From the IMG/VR virus record IMGVR_UViG_3300018056_000001: 64,000 nt of DNA; one strand, given 5' to 3'. Source of the DNA: an uncultured virus (IMG/VR IMGVR_UViG_3300018056_000001). Its lineage: Duplodnaviria > Heunggongvirae > Uroviricota > Caudoviricetes. This document shows positions 46,557 to 55,802 of the stretch, piece by piece; positions within the stretch are counted from its first letter, which is position 1, and the number at the start of each line of letters is the position of its first letter. A program made the position numbers and the translations under genes. The notes beneath the pieces are model-generated. The model ran no database searches. It saw nothing but the letters and a program-made list of their open reading frames with translations, and was not told the DNA's origin.

Positions 46557-47360
46557 CTACGCGCCCGATTGGTGACGCGCCTGCTGCAACCGTTCGTATT
46601 CCACCACGGCGGTGTCGACGGTGTGCGAGGCAGGTCCGTCCTTCTGGGCGAGCGCGTCGAGCGGCGAGGGATCCGCATGGTACGTCGGATAGGGCTGTTG
46701 GATCGCCGACAGCTTCTTCCGTTCCTCGACCATCCGATCCTCGACGAGTTTATTGATGCGCGTGTTCTCCGCCTCGGTCGCCTTGGCAGTCACACGCTCT
46801 CCGTGAACCGTGTTGTAGGCGTCCTGCAGACCATATACGCGTCCGGGTTGTCCCTTGACGGACTGACCCAGGTGCGGATCGGAGAGGAGGGCACTCATGT
46901 CGAGCACTTCGTTGAACATCTGCAAGTGGCGAGACGAGAGCGTGACGCCCAAGGCGAACGCGCCGGCAAAGGCCCGGTCGCGGTGTTCGAGTTCGTCTTG
47001 AAACGCTTTCATGTCCAGAGCAGGAGCGAGTGGGGGATCTCCCTCTTTCTTCGGTGGGGTCCCCTTCAGCTTGTCGTATTCCGGCTTGATCACCCGATAC
47101 TCCTGGATCGCCTTCTGGTTGTTGTCCCACCAGTCTTGGTTCTGTGCCCTCAGATCGTCGAGTTCGTCTTCCTTCACCTTCAGTTCGTCGAACTTCCGAT
47201 TGATCTCCGGCTGCGCGAGGGCCCCTGTCCCGAGGACTTCCAGGGCGCCTTCGTGCTCAGCCTTCCCGAAAATCGCCTCGGCCTGTGCTCGATCCGCTTC
47301 CGCGAGCCTCGCGAGCACTCCAGCCAAGAATGACTTTCCTGCATCGGACGCTTTGGACAT
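46557..47360 (-). CDS. Capsid scaffolding protein
   Basis: Acidic coiled-coil directly upstream of MCP; AAGGAG RBS. Confidence 0.6.
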   Translation of the reverse strand: MSKASDAGKSFLAGVLARLAEADRAQAEAIFGKAEHEGALEVLGTGALAQPEINRKFDELKVKEDELDDLRAQNQDWWDNNQKAIQEYRVIKPEYDKLKGTPPKKEGDPPLAPALDMKAFQDELEHRDRAFAGAFALGVTLSSRHLQMFNEVLDMSALLSDPHLGQSVKGQPGRVYGLQDAYNTVHGERVTAKATEAENTRINKLVEDRMVEERKKLSAIQQPYPTYHADPSPLDALAQKDGPASHTVDTAVVEYERLQQARHQSGA

Positions 47361-47414
47361 ACCCTGCTCCTTGACGAGTCCAGTCCCTCCCTAACGGGTC
47401 CAGGACCTCTCGTC

Positions 47415-47786
47415 TTAGATCGTTCCGGCCCCGGCAATGCCTCTGTCGATTCCGCCGCCAGGGTAGGCGGGACCGGCATTGGTGGGAGACGTCGCACCCG
47501 CGCCGCCTTCCATCAATTTCGCTAAGTACTGCTGCAACATGTCCTTCATCATCGTCAGCATGGACGCTTGATCGGGAGTGATCTGGGCGAAGCTGTCGAG
47601 CATGTCGCTGATTTTTTGGGCGGAGGCCGTGAGACCAGTCAGGACCTCCGGAGGTAAACGGTTTGATGGAATCTGGGGGGCTAAGCCCTGCATCGAGAAC
47701 GGCGCTGAACCCTGCAAGCCCCCCATCGGCGTTGGCGACGGGGGCGGGGCGTCGAGCGCCGAGGATCCCGGCATCGGGAGTGCCAT
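47415..47786 (-). CDS. Hypothetical Pro/Gly/Met-rich protein
   Basis: 123-aa ORF between portal and scaffold. Confidence 0.55.
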   Translation of the reverse strand: MALPMPGSSALDAPPPSPTPMGGLQGSAPFSMQGLAPQIPSNRLPPEVLTGLTASAQKISDMLDSFAQITPDQASMLTMMKDMLQQYLAKLMEGGAGATSPTNAGPAYPGGGIDRGIAGAGTI

Positions 47787-47927
47787 CTAGCGTTTTCCCT
47801 TTCCGAAACTTCGGCCCTTTTTCATGGAGAGTGCGGGAGCCTTCCTCACCATGGACGCGGGCTGCTGGAGACGAGGGGTGCGCGAGGGCATCGCGACGTC
47901 TTTCGAGACACGGTCCATGCCCTTCAT
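47787..47927 (-). CDS. Tiny basic protein (46 aa, ends KGKR)
   Basis: Manual translation MKGMDRVSKD...GRSFGKGKR; ATGA-coupled; below ORF-track cutoff. Confidence 0.55.
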   Translation of the reverse strand: MKGMDRVSKDVAMPSRTPRLQQPASMVRKAPALSMKKGRSFGKGKR

Positions 47928-48136
47928 CGCTTCCCTCCTAATTTTTTCGGTGCGGCCATCGACTTGTCCTTCACGACGGGTTTGGTCGGTTCGGCGCGAG
48001 TGACCTTCTTCCCTTCAGGAGGAAGCTGGATATCTCTCGTGCGCTTCCCTTTCATGACCTCCATGAAGGTCGGGTCGTCGAAGCGTGCGGGACGCACCTG
48101 ATAGAGTGGGTTGTCCCGAAGCCAATCACGACCCAT
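47924..48136 (-). CDS. Tiny basic protein (ends GGKR)
   Basis: K/R-rich, abuts neighbours. Confidence 0.55.
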   Translation of the reverse strand: MGRDWLRDNPLYQVRPARFDDPTFMEVMKGKRTRDIQLPPEGKKVTRAEPTKPVVKDKSMAAPKKLGGKR

Positions 48137-48137
48137 C

Positions 48138-48356
48138 TCAGCGCTTTCGACCAGACGACCGGGACCCGATCAAGCCTTTCTGCTTCAGCATGTCGATCCC
48201 GCCCCGAATAGACCCTAGGATCCCTGTTCGAGGATCGGTGGGGCCACGCGCGGACAGATGGATGTCCGTCTCCCGTTTTCCCGTGAAGCCCGCGGCCTTT
48301 TTCGCTTTCTCCAAGCCCGCGCGATCACCACCGAAGTAGGGGGGACGATCCGCCAT
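48138..48356 (-). CDS. Tiny basic protein (ends SGRKR)
   Basis: K/R/G-rich, abuts neighbours. Confidence 0.55.
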   Translation of the reverse strand: MADRPPYFGGDRAGLEKAKKAAGFTGKRETDIHLSARGPTDPRTGILGSIRGGIDMLKQKGLIGSRSSGRKR

Positions 48357-48358
48357 GC

Positions 48359-48538
48359 TTAGCGACCTCGGGAGAATGATCGCTTCACGGCTTTGCCAGG
48401 GGCGGCGAGGCCCTTGTTGATCCCTCGCCCGGTCTGGCCGACAGCTTTTCCGACCATCTTCCCCGTTCCCGTGACGGCCTTGTGGACGTCCTTGAAGGGT
48501 CTGCCGAGTGCCTTGCCGAGTCCACCGAGGAATCCCAT
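48359..48538 (-). CDS. Tiny basic amphipathic protein (ends SRGR)
   Basis: MGFLGGLGKALG...; TAATG coupling. Confidence 0.55.
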   Translation of the reverse strand: MGFLGGLGKALGRPFKDVHKAVTGTGKMVGKAVGQTGRGINKGLAAPGKAVKRSFSRGR

Positions 48539-48609
48539 TAGCGCTTCTCGCCCTTCATGGATTTCTTGCCCATCGGATATTTCTTCTCGCCCTTGCTGTA
48601 CATCTTCAT
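48538..48609 (-). CDS. 23-aa basic peptide (ends GEKR)
   Basis: Manual translation MKMYSKGEKKYPMGKKSMKGEKR; coupled at both ends. Confidence 0.5.
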   Translation of the reverse strand: MKMYSKGEKKYPMGKKSMKGEKR

Positions 48610-48788
48610 CGCCTTCCTCCTCGCATTGACCGTTTCTTCCCAGGAACTTTCTCCCCCGCCTTACGTGCCTCCGACAACCCAATCGCGATGGCTTGCTTGC
48701 GAGAGCGGACGCGGGGGCCAGACTTCGATCCCGAATGGAGAGAGCCACGCTTGTACTCCCCCATGACCTTTTCGACTTTGCCCGCCAT
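48606..48788 (-). CDS. DUF6496-like basic protein (ends GGRR)
   Basis: KVMGEYKRGSLHSG...RKQAIAIGLSEARKAG. Confidence 0.75.
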   Translation of the reverse strand: MAGKVEKVMGEYKRGSLHSGSKSGPRVRSRKQAIAIGLSEARKAGEKVPGKKRSMRGGRR

Positions 48789-48952
48789 CAGCGTCGAGTC
48801 CCTTGGAGCATCTGGCGCTGCACCAGACTCATGACCTTCGTTTGTTTCCGGTGATGCTTCCGCGCCCCCGCCATCCGAGTACGATCTGACTGAATTTCAG
48901 CAGCGCGTGACAGTGTGCGATGATCGTCTTCACCCCGGAAATCGGGTTCCAT
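48788..48952 (-). CDS. Small basic protein (ends GTRR)
   Basis: EDD.RTL.RAAEI..D..RM pattern; start uncertain. Confidence 0.5.
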   Translation of the reverse strand: MEPDFRGEDDHRTLSRAAEIQSDRTRMAGARKHHRKQTKVMSLVQRQMLQGTRR

Positions 48953-48991
48953 CGCAATGGGAGAGGACCTCTTTTTATTCATCGGTACACG

Positions 48992-49024
48992 AAAAAAGCC
49001 CACACTCCCTGAAGGAGGTGGGCT
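48992..49024 (-). terminator. Rho-independent terminator-like hairpin
   Basis: Minus strand AGCCCACCTCC-TTCAG-GGAGTGTGGGCT followed by a T run. Confidence 0.55.
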
Positions 49025-49427
49025 CAGCGACGATGGATCTCGCGAGGGAGATCAGCGTCGATTGGAGCGATCGGGTACGAGTGTCGGGGAAATCGAGTCG
49101 GATGTCAAGCGGATCTGTGTGTGGGGGAACTCGACGAGGTAAGGTTTCCCATTCCGACATTGTAGGACAATCGTCCCAGTGAAGCGCCTGTCATACAGGG
49201 CTTCAAGAAGCTGGAAGAAGTCCTGTTCCTCTTCGCGGATCTGACCGAGCACGGCACCGATGCTCACAGGATGAACCCTGAGAAGACAAACCGAGCCGGG
49301 GGGACCGTATCGAGCAGGGTGAAAAGAACCTGAGTCCCCGACGAGAGGTGTAGGCACCAGGAGCACTCACGGAGATAGGTCCCGTCTCGCTCCATCCGCT
49401 GCCACTCTCCACGGAATTCCCAATAAA

Positions 49428-51602
49428 TCATTTGCTCGACTCCGTCACGGTGGTGCGCGAGCCCCCATCCTTTTCTTCGATCTGGGGAGATTCCTGACCG
49501 GATGCCTTCCGGCCGGCAGGATTGACCGCCACGCCAATCCCAACCGTGTTCTGGGCCATCAACCGCTCGGTGACGGTCGTCGGGACACGGATCTCCATGA
49601 TCTGTCCTGACTCAGGATCCATTGTGAAGGTTTGGCCCGTATTCGGATCGGTGTATTGAGGTGGCGCCATTGGGGGCTGCATCCCTTGCATCCCCCCACC
49701 TCCCTCTGGTCCCCCCATCATCGTCGACGCTTGTGCGGCTTGGAGGGCCTGCTGCATCATGCCCATCAGGATCTCAGGCCCTGGAGGTTTCAGGGGCGGG
49801 AGGGGAATCGCCGGAGGAGCCCCGACATTTGGTGTTTCGAGAGTCTCGTGCAGGGACCAAAAGTCATACGCGCCCATCCGATAGAGCTGGAGGCGCGTCA
49901 TCTTGTTTTCCTGGGCGTTCATCGCGAGGACGGAGTTGGGCGCGACGACGAAGATAAATTGCTTGTGGAAGAATTGGGCACGCTGGTCGGCGGTGGTGTT
50001 GTTGGCGTCGAGTTCGGGAGTGTAGCCCTCCTCGCCAGGGAGCTTGGCAGGAACGAGCTTGCCTGGGTCATAGTCGAAGTCATCGAGCGTGACGCCGGCC
50101 GGCCCGAGAATCTGCACACGCTTCGTGGTCGAGAGGAATTGAAAGTAGTTGACCTTCACCATCTCGGCCATATCGCGCAAGAAGGCTTCAACCTGCCGTG
50201 CCTCAGACCGAATTTCAGGGGTCAAGGCTTCGTAATACTTCTGGATTGTGTCCGCGGACGGAAGCTGGCGGAGCTGCAGGAGCGCGGCTAGATTCGCAGT
50301 CCCAGACAGATCGGTAAATTTGGTCGTGAGCTTCTCCCAGAGGTCGATCGCCATCGAGAGGACTTGGGCGTTGGGACCATCCTGCTTCGCGTAGGGCTCA
50401 CCATACCCCGGCTGCACCTTTATTCGCTTTCCTGGGCGCCGGGGATCCAGGAGACGCATCGTGGTCTCAGAGACCGCATTGCGGTTGTAGACGATATCGG
50501 GATCGACCCACTGACGGATTCCTAAGCGAATATCGTGCATGGTTTCATTGATCGCATCCTGGACGGGCAGGAGATCGTTGAAGAGGGGGATGCCTAAGAG
50601 CTGCCACGGGACTGACCAGAGCTTCAGCCGACAGATCGGGAAAAGCCCGTGCCAGGAGGGATTGGGACCGTCATAGACGATGGCATCATCGGTCGAGACG
50701 ATCAGTCGTCCCCGAGGATAGAGGGGCTGGTTGGGCTGGACGACGTAGGCCCAATTGGTTCCTGGGGTACCCAACGCGATCGGTTTGTCTGTCAGGTTCC
50801 GAGTCCGATCCTTCAGATAGGTGCGGTAGAGGACGATCCGCCCTGGGCGCATAATTCGAGTGTGGGCGCCATGCTGAGACAAGCTATCCAGGGGATCCGC
50901 TGGAGTCAGGAGTCTGGCCGTGATCGATCGAAATCGCCCCATGACTCGCCCAAGGGAGGTGTCAGAGGCTGGCTTGAAGAGATAGGATCGAGTTGGGTAC
51001 ATCCCCTTCAAGACATTGACCGAATGCTCCTCACGGAGGATCACGCCTTCCCAGAACTGAGGCGATCGGGTGAGGGAGGGGCGGATTGGGAGCGTATCGC
51101 GAGGATCTCGCGCGGAGAATTGATTGGCACCTCCGAGGGGGACATGGGGGTCCCAATCGATGACGAGATCCCCTGTGCCGGCGGCAAGGGAGTACTTGAT
51201 GACATCGCCCAGGTCGAGGTCGTACATCATCGTAACCCACTCGGCGACGGCATATTGGTTGAGGAGATCGGCCTGGACCTGATAGAGAGGGTTGGTGCGC
51301 CACCCAAATAGGGGTTTCAGGTCAGTCAAGGCGGACACGTGGGCCTGCATCGCCTTACGGGATTCATTGACGATGATTTGGGGGAGATACTTCAGTCGAC
51401 GCTGTTCCAAGGAGAGCTGCTCGCCCACGACATAGGCTTGAGCACGACTGATGACCTCATAGGAAGGGTCAGATCGGTTGGTGAAATCACCTTCCTGAAT
51501 GGATTCTTTCAGCCAGCCCAGAACACGAGGATCGCCGTGCTGCAGAGATTCTGCAGAAGTGGCAGGAAGGTCCAGTAATCCCGAGGTACTGAATTCGGCC
51601 AT
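49428..51602 (-). CDS. Portal protein
   Basis: 724 aa between terminase and scaffold; LLPVQDAIN, podovirus-type Q/P/G-rich tail. Confidence 0.75.
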   Translation of the reverse strand: MAEFSTSGLLDLPATSAESLQHGDPRVLGWLKESIQEGDFTNRSDPSYEVISRAQAYVVGEQLSLEQRRLKYLPQIIVNESRKAMQAHVSALTDLKPLFGWRTNPLYQVQADLLNQYAVAEWVTMMYDLDLGDVIKYSLAAGTGDLVIDWDPHVPLGGANQFSARDPRDTLPIRPSLTRSPQFWEGVILREEHSVNVLKGMYPTRSYLFKPASDTSLGRVMGRFRSITARLLTPADPLDSLSQHGAHTRIMRPGRIVLYRTYLKDRTRNLTDKPIALGTPGTNWAYVVQPNQPLYPRGRLIVSTDDAIVYDGPNPSWHGLFPICRLKLWSVPWQLLGIPLFNDLLPVQDAINETMHDIRLGIRQWVDPDIVYNRNAVSETTMRLLDPRRPGKRIKVQPGYGEPYAKQDGPNAQVLSMAIDLWEKLTTKFTDLSGTANLAALLQLRQLPSADTIQKYYEALTPEIRSEARQVEAFLRDMAEMVKVNYFQFLSTTKRVQILGPAGVTLDDFDYDPGKLVPAKLPGEEGYTPELDANNTTADQRAQFFHKQFIFVVAPNSVLAMNAQENKMTRLQLYRMGAYDFWSLHETLETPNVGAPPAIPLPPLKPPGPEILMGMMQQALQAAQASTMMGGPEGGGGMQGMQPPMAPPQYTDPNTGQTFTMDPESGQIMEIRVPTTVTERLMAQNTVGIGVAVNPAGRKASGQESPQIEEKDGGSRTTVTESSK

Positions 51603-51760
51603 CTAGTCACCCACGGTCAACACACCGTCCGATGTCCGCAGGCAGTACAGCCCGAAGGCGAGGTGTGCACGCGAGCGTTGAGCGATCCCCCGAGCAAACC
51701 AGCGTGCCGCCTCCCAGAGGCGCCGAGACAACGAAGGCCGATAGTAATAGATCTGCCGGG

Positions 51761-52042
51761 TCATGCGTGGTGCTCGCTGGTGATCTCAGGGGTAAGAGGT
51801 TGAAAGCCTAGTTGAGCATGGCAGTGTGGACAGGCCCACGTCGCCCAGATCCACAAGCGCAAATTCTCCCCATTCGCGATCCGCGCACGCTCGTCTTCGG
51901 TGAAGGACCATTCAGTCAGGACGCGGCCATCGTTGTAGACGAGAGCGGGAAGTGTGAGGAATTCGTCCTGATGCTTGGCGATCTCGACGAAGCGAGGCTC
52001 GGGATCCTGCGCGAGGACGGAGAGTGTGTCGACAGGTTCCAT
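51761..52042 (-). CDS. Hypothetical protein
   Basis: Q.EF.TLPA...W.FTEDER..I..G pattern; TAATG coupling. Confidence 0.55.
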   Translation of the reverse strand: MEPVDTLSVLAQDPEPRFVEIAKHQDEFLTLPALVYNDGRVLTEWSFTEDERARIANGENLRLWIWATWACPHCHAQLGFQPLTPEITSEHHA

Positions 52043-52539
52043 TAGGTCTCCCCGAGTGCTGAGGCATTCGCATCACTGACACCAGGGCCATAGCTCTCAT
52101 CAGGTGCCTCAGCCGATTTCTTGAGAGTCGATCCGAACTTTCGCTTGGCCGCAGGAGAGGGCTGCTCCCCACACACAGTTCCATGAGTATTGACATCCTT
52201 GTTGGAATCGTTCTGGGACCACTTGCGAAAGGTGATCTGCTGCCCTTCCTTGTTGCGGGCTAAGATCTCGGACTCGCGCTCGATGCGACGAAGTTTCTGG
52301 AGGCTATCGACGACGACTTCCTGATTGCGTCCATCGTAGGTGACGAAGGGTTCAAATCCGCCTCCAGTCGCGGCATCCATCGCGCCGACCTGGGGAATCC
52401 AGTCCATCAGGATCCAGGAGCCCACACAGAGACAGGCGTTACAGGGTGGGGCGGTGTGCTCGCCGCCTTCGGCGATGGTGCGGAATTGATCACGGAGCAG
52501 GGTGCCACAGACCGTACATTGATAATCGTGTAAAGCCAC
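52042..52539 (-). CDS. FmdB-like zinc-ribbon protein
   Basis: MALHDYQCTVCG...CNAC. Confidence 0.6.
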   Translation of the reverse strand: MALHDYQCTVCGTLLRDQFRTIAEGGEHTAPPCNACLCVGSWILMDWIPQVGAMDAATGGGFEPFVTYDGRNQEVVVDSLQKLRRIERESEILARNKEGQQITFRKWSQNDSNKDVNTHGTVCGEQPSPAAKRKFGSTLKKSAEAPDESYGPGVSDANASALGET

Positions 52540-52784
52540 TACCGGCGCCCTCCACGTGCGTTCCTATGCATGAAATCACGCTGGCGTTTTGCTAGGGCTC
52601 GCTCGGCTTCCTTCTCCTTCGCACTGAGGAGACGAATATCCCCTCGATCCTTCTTGGGTGTGCCAAGAACTCGTTCCTTGAGCGCCGTCGCCCGCTCACC
52701 GACACGCGCGATCATCTGGGAGGGTTTGGTCAGGTGCTCGACCATTCCGCTCGTGATCTCGCCGAGGTCACGCTTGAGAGGCAT
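52539..52784 (-). CDS. Small basic protein (ends RGGRR)
   Basis: 81 aa, K/R-rich. Confidence 0.5.
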   Translation of the reverse strand: MPLKRDLGEITSGMVEHLTKPSQMIARVGERATALKERVLGTPKKDRGDIRLLSAKEKEAERALAKRQRDFMHRNARGGRR

Positions 52785-52786
52785 GG

Positions 52787-53338
52787 CTAGGTGTGGTAGA
52801 AAATTTCGTCTCTGATCCGATCGATGATCCGTTGAAGCTCCTGCTCGACGGTATACCCTCGCTTGCTGGCTCGATGCTTGAGTTCGGCGAGCTGGCCTGG
52901 GGTGAACTCGATCCGCACCCCTCCGATCTCGATGTTCGCCAATATCTCGATGGCTTTGGAGAGTTCTTCAGGCGAGCGTGTGGAGCCGATCCCAGTAAAG
53001 GATTCGATCTTGCCACACAGCTCCCGTGGAACGAGGAGTCCGTCGAGGACGATTTCGTAGCGCTCGGCGAAGTGAGAAGGAATCACCACGTCAATCACCT
53101 GTTCGCCGGCTGAGACGATCCAATCGCCACGGTGGGCAGTGTGGAAGGATCCGTCAGGCAAGATGACAGGGCCTGCCGTGAGGACCTCATGGGCAGAGAG
53201 GGGACGTACCGACTTCCGCCTCACAGGACGTTTGGTCGGTTTAGGAATCGAAATCGATGGTGGATCGGGGGTCGAAGTAGAGAGCGCTGCCCCCTCGGGT
53301 ATCGTCGCGGAACTCGTCATCGGCTTCGGCTCCTTCAT
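52787..53338 (-). CDS. Hypothetical protein
   Basis: AHRGDWIV...FAERYE motif; start uncertain, overlaps terminase end. Confidence 0.5.
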   Translation of the reverse strand: MKEPKPMTSSATIPEGAALSTSTPDPPSISIPKPTKRPVRRKSVRPLSAHEVLTAGPVILPDGSFHTAHRGDWIVSAGEQVIDVVIPSHFAERYEIVLDGLLVPRELCGKIESFTGIGSTRSPEELSKAIEILANIEIGGVRIEFTPGQLAELKHRASKRGYTVEQELQRIIDRIRDEIFYHT

Positions 53339-55529
53339 CGGCTTCCTCCGCAGTGACGGCCGTATTCCGAAAATCTGGTCGCAGGCCGGGGGCGACCGTC
53401 GCGTGCTGCGCCTTCAGGGCTTCCCTCCGCCGTCGGCGCTCGGCGATCGGTTCCGCTTCGCCCCCGGCATGGCGATAGGCTACATAGTAACCGATCGCGC
53501 CCGCGAAGATCGCATCATCATGTTGTCCCCCCGCCGCGCGAGCATTTCCCAAGGTCGATCCGGGTTCGTCGGGGATGAGGAAATGTCGGAGTTCCCCTCG
53601 GGTAATCGGGGAATTCAGACGATAGTCGGGATAGCCGGAGATGGGATCCAATGTGGTTGTCGCTTCATAGAACTTGTCGAGCAGAATCGGTCTGGTGCGC
53701 TCGGTCGTGAGCCAGCCAATCTTGGTAGAAAATCGTCGTTCGGGGGAGGCGGAGTCCGCATACTCCCACACATAGAAATAGGTGTACCCCAGATGGAGCT
53801 GCAGGGTGTCTTGGACCGAGAGCCCGTGATTGTTGCATTCGATCGCGGCACAGGCTTCGACCCCGTCTTCATCACAATAGAATCTGCCGATCGCGTCACA
53901 GACGAAGGCGATCTGCGTGGGGGTGAGGACGTTGGAGCAGAACTGGGCGACCTCCTCGGCCGGCTCCTCAATCGTCGGAAGACGTGTAATACCGATGACC
54001 GAGTAGTCGCCCCCGAGGCCATCACCTATATCAGCGGAGAGGATGTAGCGACGACGCCCCCGTGTGCGGGGATATTCCCAGATCGCGAGGACCGACTCGC
54101 GGAGGTTGGGGAGATCCTTGAGTTCCTTGTTCCAGACACGACGGAAGCCATACCCAGGAGGGACCGGGAAGTCTTCACCCGTCTTGGCGGCTGGCAATCT
54201 TGGGGCAATCGGAGGCTTCGGGCGCGGATCGCGGAAGACAGGCGTGGGATCCTCTAATTCCTGCCGGCGGAGTTCCGCGATGTCCCGCGCGGGCTCGACC
54301 TTCCAGACATCGAGGAGGGGACGCGCCAATCGATCCAGGACTTCGAGCTGCTCTAAGGTCCAGACGGAGCGGCCAGAGTAGAGGAAGCAGCTTTCGGGAT
54401 CTGAGGCAAATTCCTCGAAGAACTCCGCGAGGTTCCCTTTCTTCGCGAAGTAGGCCCTGGTTCGTTCATAGAAGTAGAGCTGATCTCGACTCAGGGTGAC
54501 AGGTCTTCCGAGGTATTGGGGCCAGATCTCCCCAGCCTTCTTACCTTCGGCGAGGGTCGATTCGCTCGGGATCCAGTCCTCGGGAGCTGGGAGCGTATAC
54601 TTTGTTGGCTCGGCCCCCCATGGGACGAATCCATTGGCATAGCGCCCGATGCCTTCAGCAGCCGTCAACCAGTGCTGATGCCACCAATTTCCGGCACCCT
54701 TGGCAGTTGATTCGAGGATGACCAAGGAATAAGGGGAGATCGGGATGGCCTGAAGCAGAGAGCCGTCAAGCTGCTGGGGATTGTCCCAGGTCGAGAGTTC
54801 GGAAATGTGGACGACGGAGTAGGTCTTGCCGCGGGCAATATGTCCCTTCTGGCGCCCGGTCACTTCCTGAAGTTCGCCACGAGTAGACTTGCCCCAGGCA
54901 GACTTGATCAGACTGCCATTCGAGAAGGAGAGTTCTCGCCCCTTGACTCGGGTGAGGCGTTGGGGCTGCAGGAACCACGGGAGCTGATCATAAATTCGCT
55001 CGACCATGTCGAAGAGATACTTCGCTTGATCCTCGACGTCTGCGCCACACATCGCCCTGGTATGTGTTCTCGTCAGGATCCGATGCGCGACCATCGATTC
55101 GGCGAGCGTGGAAATTCCCTCTTGACGAGCCTTGAGAACATTGAGGAAGAGTCCATCAGGGTAGGCGCCTCGCGCGTGTTCCAGCTCCAGTTGAGCCAAC
55201 CGGTTCAGGATACACTTTTGTGACTCCCAGAGTGGGAAGAGTGGTCGGAGGCCGTGACCTTCCTGGTCTATCCAGACGAAGCGCTCGGCGAAATAGGGAT
55301 AGTCGAAGGTGATCCTGAGTCGGGTGGCTGCGAGGAAGTGTTGCTCCTCCTCTGTCAGTCGCCTGTTGAGCGAGCCGTCTTCCATGTGGATCTGCATCAA
55401 GCGAGCGGTATAGTCGGCCGACTCGTCAATGCTATAGGCAGGGATGAAGCCTTCGGGGAAGGTCGCACGGATCCCCGGTTGGGCGAGGATCGCACGCTCA
55501 TGCTCGGCGATCAACTCTTCATGGTACAT
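53241..55529 (-). CDS. terL: Terminase large subunit
   Basis: Walker A LKARQEGIST, Walker B VHISE, ESTA, nuclease ADIGDG..GDYS, IECN, HDD. Confidence 0.9.
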   Translation of the reverse strand: MYHEELIAEHERAILAQPGIRATFPEGFIPAYSIDESADYTARLMQIHMEDGSLNRRLTEEEQHFLAATRLRITFDYPYFAERFVWIDQEGHGLRPLFPLWESQKCILNRLAQLELEHARGAYPDGLFLNVLKARQEGISTLAESMVAHRILTRTHTRAMCGADVEDQAKYLFDMVERIYDQLPWFLQPQRLTRVKGRELSFSNGSLIKSAWGKSTRGELQEVTGRQKGHIARGKTYSVVHISELSTWDNPQQLDGSLLQAIPISPYSLVILESTAKGAGNWWHQHWLTAAEGIGRYANGFVPWGAEPTKYTLPAPEDWIPSESTLAEGKKAGEIWPQYLGRPVTLSRDQLYFYERTRAYFAKKGNLAEFFEEFASDPESCFLYSGRSVWTLEQLEVLDRLARPLLDVWKVEPARDIAELRRQELEDPTPVFRDPRPKPPIAPRLPAAKTGEDFPVPPGYGFRRVWNKELKDLPNLRESVLAIWEYPRTRGRRRYILSADIGDGLGGDYSVIGITRLPTIEEPAEEVAQFCSNVLTPTQIAFVCDAIGRFYCDEDGVEACAAIECNNHGLSVQDTLQLHLGYTYFYVWEYADSASPERRFSTKIGWLTTERTRPILLDKFYEATTTLDPISGYPDYRLNSPITRGELRHFLIPDEPGSTLGNARAAGGQHDDAIFAGAIGYYVAYRHAGGEAEPIAERRRRREALKAQHATVAPGLRPDFRNTAVTAEEADEGAEADDEFRDDTRGGSALYFDPRSTIDFDS

Positions 55530-55559
55530 AAGGAAGGGCTGGGGGAGCCCTGACGATCG

Positions 55560-55781
55560 TTAGGCTCGAACGTTCAATGCCGCTCTGACACCCTCTCGCA
55601 GCCGCTCCTCATTGATCAGATCGCGACCGACAACGAGTTCGATCACACTGGAGACGCCATCGGCCAACTCCACAATCGCGTCCTGCTGAGCCGTGCCGGT
55701 CAACGTCCGTAGGGACGTCGCCTTCTCGATGAGGGTGATCAGGATCGGGATCGACGCCGCGAGTCGTTGCCATCTACTCAT
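55560..55781 (-). CDS. Small hypothetical protein
   Basis: AAGGAGG RBS; 73 aa. Confidence 0.5.
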   Translation of the reverse strand: MSRWQRLAASIPILITLIEKATSLRTLTGTAQQDAIVELADGVSSVIELVVGRDLINEERLREGVRAALNVRA

Positions 55782-55802
55782 ACTTCCCTCCTTGAAACGA
55801 GT

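Noticed and set aside
48957..49142. + strand ORF ending CVWGNSTR as another VWG-family member
   Set aside because: Antisense to the virion operon, spans the terminator, has no RBS, and the motif match is poor.
53139..54257. Long + strand ORF (372 aa) and similar antisense ORFs
   Set aside because: Shadow frames of terminase and other real genes in GC-rich DNA, with no motifs or RBS.
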